Positions 1 through 9,499 of a stretch of 64,000 bases of DNA are shown here, in pieces; position 1 is the first letter of the stretch, and every line of letters starts with the position of its first letter. The stretch lies in contig CAWIZW010000011.1 of assembly GCA_963840695.1 (NCBI GenBank), positions 51,238 through 115,237 of the forward strand. Reading direction: 5' to 3'. The notes under the pieces were generated by a model that ran no database searches, had not been told where the DNA came from, and saw nothing but the letters and a program-made list of their open reading frames with translations. The stretch comes from an uncultured Acidimicrobiia bacterium. GTDB lineage: Bacteria > Actinomycetota > Acidimicrobiia > Acidimicrobiales > JACDCH01. The position numbers were made by a program, and so were the translations under genes.

Positions 1-295
1 GCCCGAGGACGCCACGCCGATGACCAAGCGGTCGTCGTCGTGGATCACGCACCCCTTCGCGCTCTGGGAGTCGCCCGCCGACTCCGACAGGAACATCGAG
101 TGGGCCCGCTCGTTCCGGCGCGACATCGCCCGCTACGCGAACGGCGGCGTCTACCTCAACTTCATCGGGAACGAGGGCCAGGACCGCGTCCGGGCCGCCT
201 TCGGCGAGGAGAAGTACCGCAGGCTCGCCGCCGTGAAGGGGGAGTGGGACCCGGAGAACCGCTTCCGCGGGAACCAGAACATCACGCCCGCCTGA
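1..295 (+). CDS. FAD-linked oxidoreductase, C-terminal BBE-like domain (5' truncated by window)
   Basis: YLNFIG...RLAAVKGEWDPENRFRGNQNI is the typical berberine-bridge-like C-terminus. Confidence 0.85.
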   Translation, partial: PEDATPMTKRSSSWITHPFALWESPADSDRNIEWARSFRRDIARYANGGVYLNFIGNEGQDRVRAAFGEEKYRRLAAVKGEWDPENRFRGNQNITPA

Positions 296-332
296 GCCCG
301 CACGCCTCCGCCGCCGAAGGAGGCCGGCGAGC

Positions 333-1229
333 ATGAGCCCGTCCACCTACGACCCGGTCCCCGCCTCCCTGCCGCTCAGCCGACAGTCGGTGTCGTGGAA
401 GGTGCTGGCCGAGCCGGCCGCCTTCCTCGGCGGCGGCCGCGCCGTGCTGCTTCAGGTCGCCCACCCCAAGGTCGGCGCCGGCGTCGAACAGCACTCCGGC
501 TACGCCCGCGACCCCTGGGCTCGCCTGTTCCGTACGGTCGACGTGATGGCGAAGCTGTCCTTCGCCTCGCCCGAGGTGTCAGCGCGCCAAGCCCGCCTGC
601 TCGAGCGCGTGCACCGACGCGTCGTGGGCACGACCGACGACGGCCAGCCCTACGAGGCGCTCGACCCGTCACTCCTGGTCTGGGTCTGGGCGACCCTCGT
701 CGACACCGGGCTGCTCATGTACGAGCGGGTCTTCCCGCCCCTCTCCCGAGCCGAGCGCGACCAGTACTACGAGGAGTGGAAGCTCGTCGCCTACGGCTGC
801 GGGGTGCCCGAGGGGCGGTGCCCCGAGTCGTGGGACGACTTCGAGGCCTACGTCGACACCGTCGTGCACGACGAGCTGCGGGTGACAAGGGCAGCGCGCT
901 CGGTCGCCCATGCCACGATGGTCCCGCCACTGCCCTGGCCCCTCGGGCGGGTTGCGGCCCGACGCCTGCAGCTCGTCACGAGCGGGACCTTCCCGCCCCA
1001 CCTCCGCCCCGCCTTCGGCTTCGAGTGGGACGACGGGATGGCGAAGCGGCTCGACCGGTTCTTCGCCGTGGCTCGCGGCGCTGTCCGGCTCACGCCGGCG
1101 GTCGTGCGCCAGGCCGGCTTCCGTTACGTCATCCGCCGCGACGAGGCGCTGCGCATCCCGTGGCTGCAACGACGCGGCGCGTCGATCACCGCGAAGCGCA
1201 TGGCGAGCTTCGAGCCCGACGGGGGGTAA
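333..1229 (+). CDS. MpaB/DUF2236 family oxygenase-like protein
   Basis: LLQVAHPKVGAGVEQHS, VHRRVVG, YEALDPSLLVWVWATL motifs. Confidence 0.85.
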   Translation: MSPSTYDPVPASLPLSRQSVSWKVLAEPAAFLGGGRAVLLQVAHPKVGAGVEQHSGYARDPWARLFRTVDVMAKLSFASPEVSARQARLLERVHRRVVGTTDDGQPYEALDPSLLVWVWATLVDTGLLMYERVFPPLSRAERDQYYEEWKLVAYGCGVPEGRCPESWDDFEAYVDTVVHDELRVTRAARSVAHATMVPPLPWPLGRVAARRLQLVTSGTFPPHLRPAFGFEWDDGMAKRLDRFFAVARGAVRLTPAVVRQAGFRYVIRRDEALRIPWLQRRGASITAKRMASFEPDGG

Positions 1230-1304
1230 CTGGTTCGCGCCGCCGCCGTCCTGGCGCGCCCACCGACCACGAACCTCCCGAGTACCTTGCGCTCCGGGGG
1301 TGGC

Positions 1305-2903
1305 ATGGCAGCACATCGAGAGGTCGACGTCGTGGTGGTGGGGGCGGGCTTCGCCGGGCTCTACGCGCTCCACCGCCTGCGGGGCGCCGGCTTCTCGATC
1401 CACGTCTTCGAGGCCGGAAGCGGCGTCGGCGGCACCTGGTACTGGAACCGCTACCCCGGTGCCCGCTGCGACGTCGAGAGCCTGGAGTACTCCTACCAGT
1501 TCGACGAGGACCTCCAGCAGGAGTGGGAGTGGACCGAGCGCTACGCCGGCCAGGCCGAGATCCTTCGCTACCTCGAGCACGTCGCCGACCGGTTCGACCT
1601 CCGTCGCGACATCCAGTTCGACACGAGGGTGACCGGGGCATCCTTCGACGAGGGCGAGCGCCGATGGCACGTCGAGACCGACGACGGCGCGACGACCACC
1701 GCGCACCACGTCGTCATGGCGACCGGGTGCCTCTCGTCGGCCAACGTGCCGGACATCCCCGGCCTCGACACCTTCGCAGGGCCGGTGCACCACACCGGTC
1801 GCTGGCCCCACGACGGCGTCGACTTCACCGGCCGCCGCGTCGGGGTCATCGGCACCGGGTCGTCGGCCATCCAGGCCATCCCGATCATCGCCGAGCAGGC
1901 CGGACAGCTGGTCGTGTTCCAGCGGACACCGAACTACTCGGTGCCGGCGCGGAACCGGCCGCTCGATCCCGAGGAGCAGCGGGCGGTCAAGGCCGACTAC
2001 GCGGGGCTCCGGGCCCGCAACCGGATGATGCCGACCGGATTCGGCTCCCGCACGAAGTTCCCGGTCATGTCGGCACTGGAGGCCGCCGAGCACGAGCGGC
2101 GCGTCGAGTACGAGGAGCGGTGGGAGCGGGGCGGCTTCGGCTTCCTGGCCGCGTACACCGACCTCACGATCGACCGGGGGTCGAACGACACGGCCGCCGA
2201 CTTCGTCCGCGAGAAGATCCGTGGGATCGTCGAGGATCCGGCGGTGGCGGCCGTGCTCACGCCGAGCCAGGTGATCGGCTGCAAGCGGCTCTGTCTCGAC
2301 TCCGGCTACTTCGAGACCTTCAACCGGCCGAACGTGCGCCTCGTCGACATCGCCGCCGAGCCCATCGAGGCGATCACGCCGACGGGGGTCACGGTCGGCG
2401 GCGAGGAGCACGAGCTCGACTGCCTCGTGTTCGCCACGGGGTTCGACGCCATGACCGGGACGTTGCTGTCGATGGACATCAAGGGCCGCGCCGGTCTGAC
2501 CCTCGGAGAGGCGTGGCACGCCGGGCCGAGGACCTACCTCGGCCTCGGCGTGCCCGGGTTCCCGAACCTGTTCCTGATCACGGGGCCCGGGAGCCCGTCC
2601 GTGCTCACGAACATGGTCGTGTCGATCGAGCAGCACGTCGACTGGATCACCGACTGCCTCGAGCACCTCAGGGCCGAGGGGATCGAGACCATCGAGGCCG
2701 AGGAGGAGGCGGCGGCACGCTGGGTCGCCTACGTCAACAGCGTCGCCGACCTCACGCTGTTCCCGACGTGCAACTCGTGGTACCTGGGGGCGAACATCCC
2801 GGGCAAGACCCGGGTGTTCATGCCCCTGCCCGGCTTCCCGCCCTATGCCGAGCAGTGCGCCGACGTCGCCGCCAACGGTTACCGCGGCTTCGTGCTGAGC
2901 TAG
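1305..2903 (+). CDS. Baeyer-Villiger monooxygenase (cyclohexanone/phenylacetone monooxygenase family)
   Basis: GAGFAG, GGTWYWNRYPGARCD, BVMO fingerprint FAGPVHHTGRW, GTGSSA, SWYLGANIPGK. Confidence 0.93.
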   Translation: MAAHREVDVVVVGAGFAGLYALHRLRGAGFSIHVFEAGSGVGGTWYWNRYPGARCDVESLEYSYQFDEDLQQEWEWTERYAGQAEILRYLEHVADRFDLRRDIQFDTRVTGASFDEGERRWHVETDDGATTTAHHVVMATGCLSSANVPDIPGLDTFAGPVHHTGRWPHDGVDFTGRRVGVIGTGSSAIQAIPIIAEQAGQLVVFQRTPNYSVPARNRPLDPEEQRAVKADYAGLRARNRMMPTGFGSRTKFPVMSALEAAEHERRVEYEERWERGGFGFLAAYTDLTIDRGSNDTAADFVREKIRGIVEDPAVAAVLTPSQVIGCKRLCLDSGYFETFNRPNVRLVDIAAEPIEAITPTGVTVGGEEHELDCLVFATGFDAMTGTLLSMDIKGRAGLTLGEAWHAGPRTYLGLGVPGFPNLFLITGPGSPSVLTNMVVSIEQHVDWITDCLEHLRAEGIETIEAEEEAAARWVAYVNSVADLTLFPTCNSWYLGANIPGKTRVFMPLPGFPPYAEQCADVAANGYRGFVLS

Positions 2904-3688
2904 CCGGCGAGGGGCTGGCCCGTCTCGAGCAGCGTCTTGAGGCCCGAGAGGATCAGGGGCCAGCCGCCCTGGACCTGCTGGTAGGTGTCGCTGTGGTCGT
3001 CGGCCGACCAGCCGTCGTGGACGACGGTGAGCAGGCACATCGACCCTTGCGCCTCGATCTCCCAGGTGACCCGGGTCGTGGGCACGTCGTCACCCTCGCC
3101 GTCCCAGTGCTTGCGCCAGCTCTGGACGAGACGGTGGGGGGCCTCGGCCTCGAGGACCTCGCCCTCGATGGCGACGTCGCCGTCGATGGCCATCGTGTAC
3201 GGCGTGCCCGGCTCCCACGTCGACTCGATCGTGCTGTGGAAGAAGTACTGCAGCGTGAACTCGCTCTCGGTGATGGCGCGCCAGAGCTGGTCGGGGGTCG
3301 TGCGGATGTAGGTGCGGAGCACGTGGGCCGGCGGTGCGCCCGGCTCCGTGGCCGCGTCGGTCGTGTCGGTGGGCATGGTCGCCTCCAAGGCGTCGGTCAG
3401 GTCGGCCAGCAGGCCGGCCGCATGGCGGAACCGCCCGACCCAGCGGTCGGCCACCCGCTGGATCGGAACGGGGTTGAGGTAGTGCCGGCGTTCCCGACCG
3501 ACCTTGCGGGCCGTCACCAGCCCGGCCTCCTCGAGCACCTGGAGGTGCTTGCGGACGCCGAACCGGGTCATCGACAACACCGACGTCAGCTCCGTGAGCG
3601 ACTGGCCATCACGCCCACGCAGCCGATCGAGCAGGAGTCGACGCGAAGGGTCGGCGAGCGCCCGGAACACTCCCTCGTCGTCCTGCAC
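2900..3688 (-). CDS. ArsR-family regulator fused to SRPBCC (Aha1-like) domain
   Basis: VFRALADPSRRLLLDRL..KHLQVLEEAGLV HTH, then YIRTTPDQLWRAIT..GGWPLILSGLKTLLETG. Confidence 0.9.
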   Translation of the reverse strand: MQDDEGVFRALADPSRRLLLDRLRGRDGQSLTELTSVLSMTRFGVRKHLQVLEEAGLVTARKVGRERRHYLNPVPIQRVADRWVGRFRHAAGLLADLTDALEATMPTDTTDAATEPGAPPAHVLRTYIRTTPDQLWRAITESEFTLQYFFHSTIESTWEPGTPYTMAIDGDVAIEGEVLEAEAPHRLVQSWRKHWDGEGDDVPTTRVTWEIEAQGSMCLLTVVHDGWSADDHSDTYQQVQGGWPLILSGLKTLLETGQPLAG

Positions 3689-3695
3689 CCGATAA

Positions 3696-3723
3696 AGGTG
3701 ACTGAATGGTCACCTGTTGTCAA
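3696..3723 (-). promoter_or_regulatory. Candidate ArsR operator and -35 box
   Basis: Perfect inverted repeat AGGTGAC-N6-GTCACCT (3696-3715) next to TTGACA on the minus strand (3718-3723), just upstream of the GTG start. Confidence 0.65.
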
Positions 3724-3750
3724 GGCATGATCGCGGTCCAGGAGGTGCCC

Positions 3751-4603
3751 ATGACCGAGACGCCGTTCACCGCCATCCGCTACGAGGTCGACGGCCGCAA
3801 GGCCTACGTCACGCTCGCCCGGCCCGAGCGACTCAACGCCATCGACGGTCGCGATGCCGGGGGAGATCCGCGCCGCCGTGGAGCTCGCCAACGACGACCC
3901 GGCGGTCCACGTCATCGTCGTGCGGGGTGCGGGCCGGTCGTTCTGCGCCGGCTACGACCTCAAGGCCTACGCCGAGGGTGGCATCGGCACGCAGCCCACG
4001 GTGTGGGACCCGATCAAGGACTACCGCGGCATGAAGCGCAACACCGACGACTTCATGACGCTGTTCCGCTCGCTCAAGCCGACGATCTGCAAGGTCCAGG
4101 GCCACGCCGTCGCCGGCGGCAGCGACATCGCCCTCTGCTGCGACCTCGTCGTCATGGCCGACGACGCCCGCATCGGCTACATGCCGGCGCGGGTGTGGGG
4201 CTGCCCGACGACGGCGATGTGGGTGTACCGGCTCGGCGCCGAACGGGCCAAGCGCATGCTGCTCACCGGCGACACGATCGACGGTCGGCAGGCCGCCGAC
4301 TGGGGTCTCGTGCTGGAGGCGGTCCCGGCCGAGGAGCTCGATGCTCGCGTCGAGGCCCTCGCCGACCGCATGGCCGGCGTGCCGGTCAACCAGCTCGTGA
4401 TGCAGAAGCTGATGGTCAACCAGGCCTACGACAACATGGGCCTCAACGGCACCCAGATCCTGGCCACGATCTTCGACGGCATCACCCGGCACTCGCCCGA
4501 GGGCCGGTGGTTCCAGCAGCTGGCCGCCGACGAGGGCTTCCACGCCGCCGTCGAGTGGCGCGACTCCGGCCGCCCCATCCCCGAGGGCGGCGTCGAGCAG
4601 TAG
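3751..4603 (+). CDS. Enoyl-CoA hydratase/crotonase family protein (frame break near 3850)
   Basis: RPERLNAI, SFCAGYDL, VQGHAVAGGSDIALCCD. Confidence 0.88.
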
Positions 4604-4630
4604 CGTCCGGCGCGGACGAGAGGAGCTGGT

Positions 4631-5575
4631 GTGGAGTCGTTCGAGGGGCGCGTGGCCGTCGTGACCGGCGGGGGCACCGGGATGGGGCGTGAGCTGGTCG
4701 TGCAGCTGGCCGCCGAGGGGTGTTCGGTCGCCATGTGCGACGTGAACGCCGACAACATGGCCGAGACGGCGCTGCGGGCCGAGAAGGAGGCGCCTCCCGG
4801 GACCCGCGTCACGACCCACCTCTGCGACGTGTCCGACGAGGCGCAGGTCATGCGGTTCCGCGACGAGGTCGTCGCCCAGCACGACACGAACCACGTGAAC
4901 CTGGTGTTCAACAACGCCGGCATCGGCGGTGGAGGCAGCTTCCTCATCGGCAAGCGCGACGAGTGGGACCGCACCTTCGGGGTCTGCTGGGGCGGCGTCT
5001 ACAACTGCAGCCGGGCGTTCGTGCCCCTCCTCGTCGAGAGCGACGAGGGCTACCTCGTCAACACCAGCAGCGTGAACGGGTTCTGGGCCTCGCTCGGCCC
5101 CGGTCTGCCGCACACCGCGTACAGCACGGCGAAGTTCGCGGTGAAGGGCTTCTCGGAGGCGCTGCTCGAGGACTTCCGCATCAACGCCCCACACGTGAAG
5201 GTCGCCGTCGTCATGCCCGGGCACATCGGGACCGACATCGTCATCAACAGCCGGCAGATCCATGGGAACGAGGAGCCCGACCTCGTCGAGGTCCGCGCCG
5301 ACCTCATCCGCCGCGGCATGCCCCTCCAGGACGTGTCCGACGACCAGCTGCGCGAACTGATCGAGATGTTCGGCGAGCTGTTCCGCGACAACGCCCCGGT
5401 CTCGGCCGCCCAGGCGGCGACGGTGATCCTCGACGGTGTCCGCGCCGGCAAGTGGCGGATCCTCGTCGGCGACGACGCCCACGCCCTCGACGAGGCGGTT
5501 CGGGGCGACCCCGAGCGCGCCTACGGCCCCGACGGACTCGACCTCGGAACAATCAGCGGGATCACCTCGGCCTGA
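4631..5575 (+). CDS. Short-chain dehydrogenase/reductase
   Basis: TGGGTGMG, NNAG, YSTAK. Confidence 0.92.
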   Translation: MESFEGRVAVVTGGGTGMGRELVVQLAAEGCSVAMCDVNADNMAETALRAEKEAPPGTRVTTHLCDVSDEAQVMRFRDEVVAQHDTNHVNLVFNNAGIGGGGSFLIGKRDEWDRTFGVCWGGVYNCSRAFVPLLVESDEGYLVNTSSVNGFWASLGPGLPHTAYSTAKFAVKGFSEALLEDFRINAPHVKVAVVMPGHIGTDIVINSRQIHGNEEPDLVEVRADLIRRGMPLQDVSDDQLRELIEMFGELFRDNAPVSAAQAATVILDGVRAGKWRILVGDDAHALDEAVRGDPERAYGPDGLDLGTISGITSA

Positions 5576-5598
5576 GCCGAACCACCCTGGAGGTGGCC

Positions 5599-7089
5599 AT
5601 GAAGCAGCTTTCCGGTCTCGACGCCTCGTTCCTCTACATGGAGACGGCCAACCAGTTCGGCCACGTGTCGAGCCTGTCCCTCTACGCCCGGCCGGAGAAC
5701 GATCCCGACTACGAACCCTTCCCGGCCTGGCGAGCGCAGGTCGAGCGCCGCCTCCACCTCCTCGAGCCCCTCCGGCGCCGGCTCCGCGACGTGCCCTTCG
5801 GCCTCGACCACCCCTACTGGGTCGAGGATCCCGACTTCGACCTCGACTTCCACATCCGGCACACCGCGGTGCCCCCTCCCGGCAACGACCAGCAGATCGC
5901 CGAGCTCGTCGCCCGGATCGTCGGGCGGCCGCTCGACCGCCGCCGTCCCCTGTGGGAGTCCTACGTCATCGAGGGCCTGCCCGACGAGCAGTTCGGGATC
6001 CTGACCAAGGTCCACCACGCCACCATCGACGGCGCCTCCGGCGCCGAGCTGCTCGTTCTCATGCTCGACGGCGACCCCGAGGGCGATGCCGTCGCCGTGC
6101 CCGCGGACGGGTCTCCGACGGAGCGGGTGCCGTCTGACAGCGAGATGATCCTCCGGGCGTCGGCCAACCTGCTGCGCAAGCCGGCCCGGGCGGTCGTGCT
6201 CGGCGCCCGCACGGTGCGCGAGCTCGGCCAGGCGACCCGGAACCCGATGATGGTGGCGGCGGCGAACCAGGTGCGCGACGGCCTGCGCGGGCCGCTCGGC
6301 GCCGTGCTCAATCGGGGAAGGGAGCGCTCGCCCGAGGGCGAGGTGAGTGGCCCACTGCCGACGGCCGCGCCCCGCACTCCGTTCAACGCGGCGATCACCG
6401 CGCACCGCCGCTTCGCGTTCCGGTCGACATCGCTCGACGGCGTGAAGAGCGTCAAGAACGCGCTGGGCGCGACCGTGAACGACGTCGTCATGGCCATGTG
6501 CGCCGGCGGGCTCCGGACCTGGCTCACGGCGCACGACGCGCTGCCCGAGCTGCCCCTCGTCGCCATGGTCCCGGTGTCGATCCGCAGCGGCGAGGAGACC
6601 GAGAAGTGGACGAACCGGGTGTCGGCGATCTTCGCCACCCTGCCGACCGACGAGCCCGATCCGCTCAAGCGGGTCGCCCGCGTCCACGAGGCGATGGTCG
6701 ACGCCAAGGGCCTCTTCGACGCCGTCCCGGCCGACGCACTGACCGACTTCGCCCAGTTCCCGCCGCCCGCCGTGTTCGCCCGCGCCATGCGCACGGCCAC
6801 GCGGCTGACCGCATCGCGGTTCATGCCGCCGGTGAACGTCACCATCTCCAACGTCCCCGGCCCCCGGCACCCGCTCTACACCGCCGGCGCCCGCCTGCTG
6901 CACTACTACCCGGTGTCGACGATCGTCGACGGTCAAGGGCTCAACATCACCGTGCAGAGCTACCTCGACACCCTCGACTTCGGGTTGGTCTCCTGCCGCG
7001 AGCTCGTGCCCGACCTCTGGGACCTCCTCGACGCCATCATCGACGACCTCGGCGAGCTCGGGAAGGCGACCGGCGTCGACGTGAGCTGA
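5599..7089 (+). CDS. Wax ester synthase/diacylglycerol acyltransferase
   Basis: MKQLSGLDASFLYME start after GGAGG RBS, HHATIDG catalytic motif, NVTISNVPGP. Confidence 0.93.
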   Translation: MKQLSGLDASFLYMETANQFGHVSSLSLYARPENDPDYEPFPAWRAQVERRLHLLEPLRRRLRDVPFGLDHPYWVEDPDFDLDFHIRHTAVPPPGNDQQIAELVARIVGRPLDRRRPLWESYVIEGLPDEQFGILTKVHHATIDGASGAELLVLMLDGDPEGDAVAVPADGSPTERVPSDSEMILRASANLLRKPARAVVLGARTVRELGQATRNPMMVAAANQVRDGLRGPLGAVLNRGRERSPEGEVSGPLPTAAPRTPFNAAITAHRRFAFRSTSLDGVKSVKNALGATVNDVVMAMCAGGLRTWLTAHDALPELPLVAMVPVSIRSGEETEKWTNRVSAIFATLPTDEPDPLKRVARVHEAMVDAKGLFDAVPADALTDFAQFPPPAVFARAMRTATRLTASRFMPPVNVTISNVPGPRHPLYTAGARLLHYYPVSTIVDGQGLNITVQSYLDTLDFGLVSCRELVPDLWDLLDAIIDDLGELGKATGVDVS

Positions 7090-7108
7090 CGCCCCCGGCC
7101 GCGCTCGC

Positions 7109-7894
7109 TCAGCTCATCGTCGGACGCGCCTGCGCGAACGTCCAGCGGCGGCCCTCGAGGTCCTCGGCGACGTACGCCCTGAACCCGTGGTGCTTGATCG
7201 GCTCGACGATCGTCGCCCCGGATGCGCTCGCCTTGGCGAAGTGGGCCTCGAGGTCGTCGACGTACACGAACGGCTGATGAGTCACGCCGGTCGCGTCGCC
7301 GACGGCCGGATACAGCATGACGGCGCCGTTGCCCACGCGGATCTCGATCCACGTGAAGCCCTCGGCGTCGTCGTCGGGAAGCGATGTCGAGGTCTCGAAC
7401 CCGAACGCATCGCACAGCCAATGGGCCGCGGCGACGGGCTTCTCGTAGTGGACGATGACGTTGAGGCGGGACAGCTCTGGCCGCGGCGCCGGCCGCCGCT
7501 GGATCCACTTCGGGAGCCATTCGGGCGTCATGCGCACGAACGACAGGCCGGCGCCGCCGATCGCGCCGTCGGGCACGACACCGTCGACGCGCACCCGGGT
7601 CCCGGCGGCGATCGGCTCGAAGGACACCTCGATGACGACGTCATCGACGGAGCTCTGCCAACAGACACGTGCGCCCGGCTCCCACACCGTCACCCGGCCG
7701 AGCTCGAGGGCGTCGTCCTGGTAGAGCTCGAGCAGCCGTCCGCCGACGCCAGGCTCCAGTCGCCGGCCGATGCAGCGCGACGAGTCCCACGCGTCGATGG
7801 GACCGTTCCCCCACCACTGGCCGAGCTCGTCGGTGAAGGCGGTGAACGCGGTCATGACGTCGACCTCGACGTCGATGGTCGAGGTGACCTTCAT
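7109..7894 (-). CDS. SRPBCC domain fused to VOC/glyoxalase domain
   Basis: AFTAFTDELGQWW..VTVWEPG (SRPBCC), then WLCDAFGF..YVDDLEAHF..AEDLEGRRWTF (VOC). Confidence 0.8.
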   Translation of the reverse strand: MKVTSTIDVEVDVMTAFTAFTDELGQWWGNGPIDAWDSSRCIGRRLEPGVGGRLLELYQDDALELGRVTVWEPGARVCWQSSVDDVVIEVSFEPIAAGTRVRVDGVVPDGAIGGAGLSFVRMTPEWLPKWIQRRPAPRPELSRLNVIVHYEKPVAAAHWLCDAFGFETSTSLPDDDAEGFTWIEIRVGNGAVMLYPAVGDATGVTHQPFVYVDDLEAHFAKASASGATIVEPIKHHGFRAYVAEDLEGRRWTFAQARPTMS

Positions 7895-8205
7895 CGGTTC
7901 GCCGCCTCCACGTGGGCCTTGAACGAACGGAGCTGGATGTTCCACTCGGCCTGGAGCTGATCGAGGAACGCCCGCACCGCCACCAGGGACTGCGGCCGCA
8001 GCTTGAAGACGCGCACGCGGGCGTCGGCGCGGACCCGCTCGTCCTCGACGACGCCGGCGTCGAGAAGGGTCTTGAGGTGTCGACTCATGGCCGGCGGCGA
8101 CATGCCGGCAGCGGCGGCGAGCTCACCGGCTCGATGCGGGCGGATGCTGAGCATCTGCACGACCTGTCGGCGCCTCGGGTCGGCGAGGGCCTCGAACACG
8201 TCCAC
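7891..8205 (-). CDS. ArsR/SmtB-family transcriptional regulator
   Basis: VFEALADPRRRQVV..MSRHLKTLLDAGVV; 4-nt overlap with the downstream gene. Confidence 0.88.
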   Translation of the reverse strand: MDVFEALADPRRRQVVQMLSIRPHRAGELAAAAGMSPPAMSRHLKTLLDAGVVEDERVRADARVRVFKLRPQSLVAVRAFLDQLQAEWNIQLRSFKAHVEAANR

Positions 8206-8216
8206 TGGCGACAATA

Positions 8217-8243
8217 GTTCACGCAGACGTGAACCAGTGTCAA
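8217..8243 (-). promoter_or_regulatory. Candidate ArsR operator and -35 box
   Basis: Perfect inverted repeat GTTCACG-CAGA-CGTGAAC (8217-8234), TTGACA on the minus strand (8238-8243). Confidence 0.6.
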
Positions 8244-8284
8244 GCCGCACGATCCGCCGGCGCCTGCCGCGCCGTAGACCCGCC

Positions 8285-8428
8285 ATGAACCTGGGTGGTC
8301 CTGAGCTCCTCATCGTCCTCGTCGTGGTGCTGCTGCTCTTCGGGGCGAAGAAGGTGCCCGACCTCGCCCGGAGCCTCGGCCAGGCCAAGCGGGAGTTCGA
8401 ACAGGCGGGGCGTCAGGACACCGCCTGA
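8285..8428 (+). CDS. tatA: Twin-arginine translocase TatA/E subunit
   Basis: MNLGGPELLIVLVVVLLLFGAKKVPDLARSLGQAKREF. Confidence 0.92.
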   Translation: MNLGGPELLIVLVVVLLLFGAKKVPDLARSLGQAKREFEQAGRQDTA

Positions 8429-8994
8429 GCCCTCGCCCGCACGCCGTCGACGAGCAGTTCGACGAGCAGTTCGAACGACGCGTCGATGTCGCCGGGGATC
8501 CCGAAGCCGCCGCTCGCCTCGAGGGAGACGAAGCCGTGGAGCGCGCTGCGGAAGCCGCGGATCACCGGGATCGTCTCGGCCGGGTCGACCCCGAGGCCGT
8601 CGAGCGCCCCCACGACGACCGCCAGGGCGTCGGCGAAGGTGGCATAGACCTCCTCGTCGACCTCAGGGCTGGGCGTGGTGAGGATCGTGGCGTAGGACCC
8701 GGGATGTTCGACGGCGAACCGGCGGTAGGCGTGGGCGAGGGCTTGCAGCGCGTCGAAGCCCTCGTGCGTCCCGACGGCCTCGGCCATCGCCTCCCCCAAC
8801 TGGCGGGCGGTGTGGAGGGCCAACGCTCGCCTGAGCCCGGCGACGCCGTCGACGTGGGCGTACAGCGACGGGGAGCGAACGCCGAGCACGGCAGCCACCC
8901 TCGCGAGCGTCACCGCCTCGAGCCCCTCCTCGTCGGCGACCGTCGCCGCCGCCGCCACGACGTCGTCGACGCGGATGCCGACCTTCCGCGCCAT
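8413..8994 (-). CDS. TetR/AcrR regulator (WHG-like C-terminus)
   Basis: VTLARVAAVLGVRSPSLYAHV HTH; SALHGFVSLE. Confidence 0.9.
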   Translation of the reverse strand: MARKVGIRVDDVVAAAATVADEEGLEAVTLARVAAVLGVRSPSLYAHVDGVAGLRRALALHTARQLGEAMAEAVGTHEGFDALQALAHAYRRFAVEHPGSYATILTTPSPEVDEEVYATFADALAVVVGALDGLGVDPAETIPVIRGFRSALHGFVSLEASGGFGIPGDIDASFELLVELLVDGVRARAQAVS

Positions 8995-9440
8995 CAGTGG
9001 CCGGCAGCGACGCTGGCCTCGGCGCGGGCCTTCAGCGCCTCGTTCATGGCCACGAAGCCGGCCCGGGTGCCACCGTCGAGCCAGCGGCCGAGCAACGGCA
9101 CGAGGATGCCCGTGAACTGCTCGCGTTGCACGAACCGGGTGCCGGTCGGCGTGCGATGGAGCTCGAAGCGGTGGCGGCCGTCGAAGATGCCGCGGACGCC
9201 GAGGGTCCCGAGCCACTCGAGCGTCTCGCACGGCGCGAGCGCCGTGACGGTGGGGCGGAGCGTGGCGCCCCGACTGTTCGGCGGCTTCAGCCTGACGTGG
9301 AGCCGGCCCCCCACGGCCAGCTCGCCACGCAGTTCGGGGACGAACGGGTTCCAGTCGCCGTAGCGGTCGGTGTCGGTGAGCACGGCCCAGACGGCGGCCG
9401 GCTCGGCGTCGATCTCGATCTCGGTGTGCAGCTCCTTCAT
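8994..9440 (-). CDS. SRPBCC/polyketide cyclase family protein
   Basis: TEIEIDAEPAAVWAVLTD..WNPF..MNEALKARAE; AGGAG RBS. Confidence 0.88.
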   Translation of the reverse strand: MKELHTEIEIDAEPAAVWAVLTDTDRYGDWNPFVPELRGELAVGGRLHVRLKPPNSRGATLRPTVTALAPCETLEWLGTLGVRGIFDGRHRFELHRTPTGTRFVQREQFTGILVPLLGRWLDGGTRAGFVAMNEALKARAEASVAAGH

Positions 9441-9451
9441 GGCCTTGTCTC

Positions 9452-9499
9452 CTGTCTAAGCGTCTTAGACAGTATGTCTAATCACCATAGACATGTCAA
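9452..9499 (-). promoter_or_regulatory. Sigma70-type promoter with two tandem palindromic operators
   Basis: Minus strand TTGACA-N17-CATACT; palindromes CTGTCTAAG-CGT-CTTAGACAG (9452-9472) and ATGTCTA-N7-TAGACAT (9474-9494). Confidence 0.75.
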
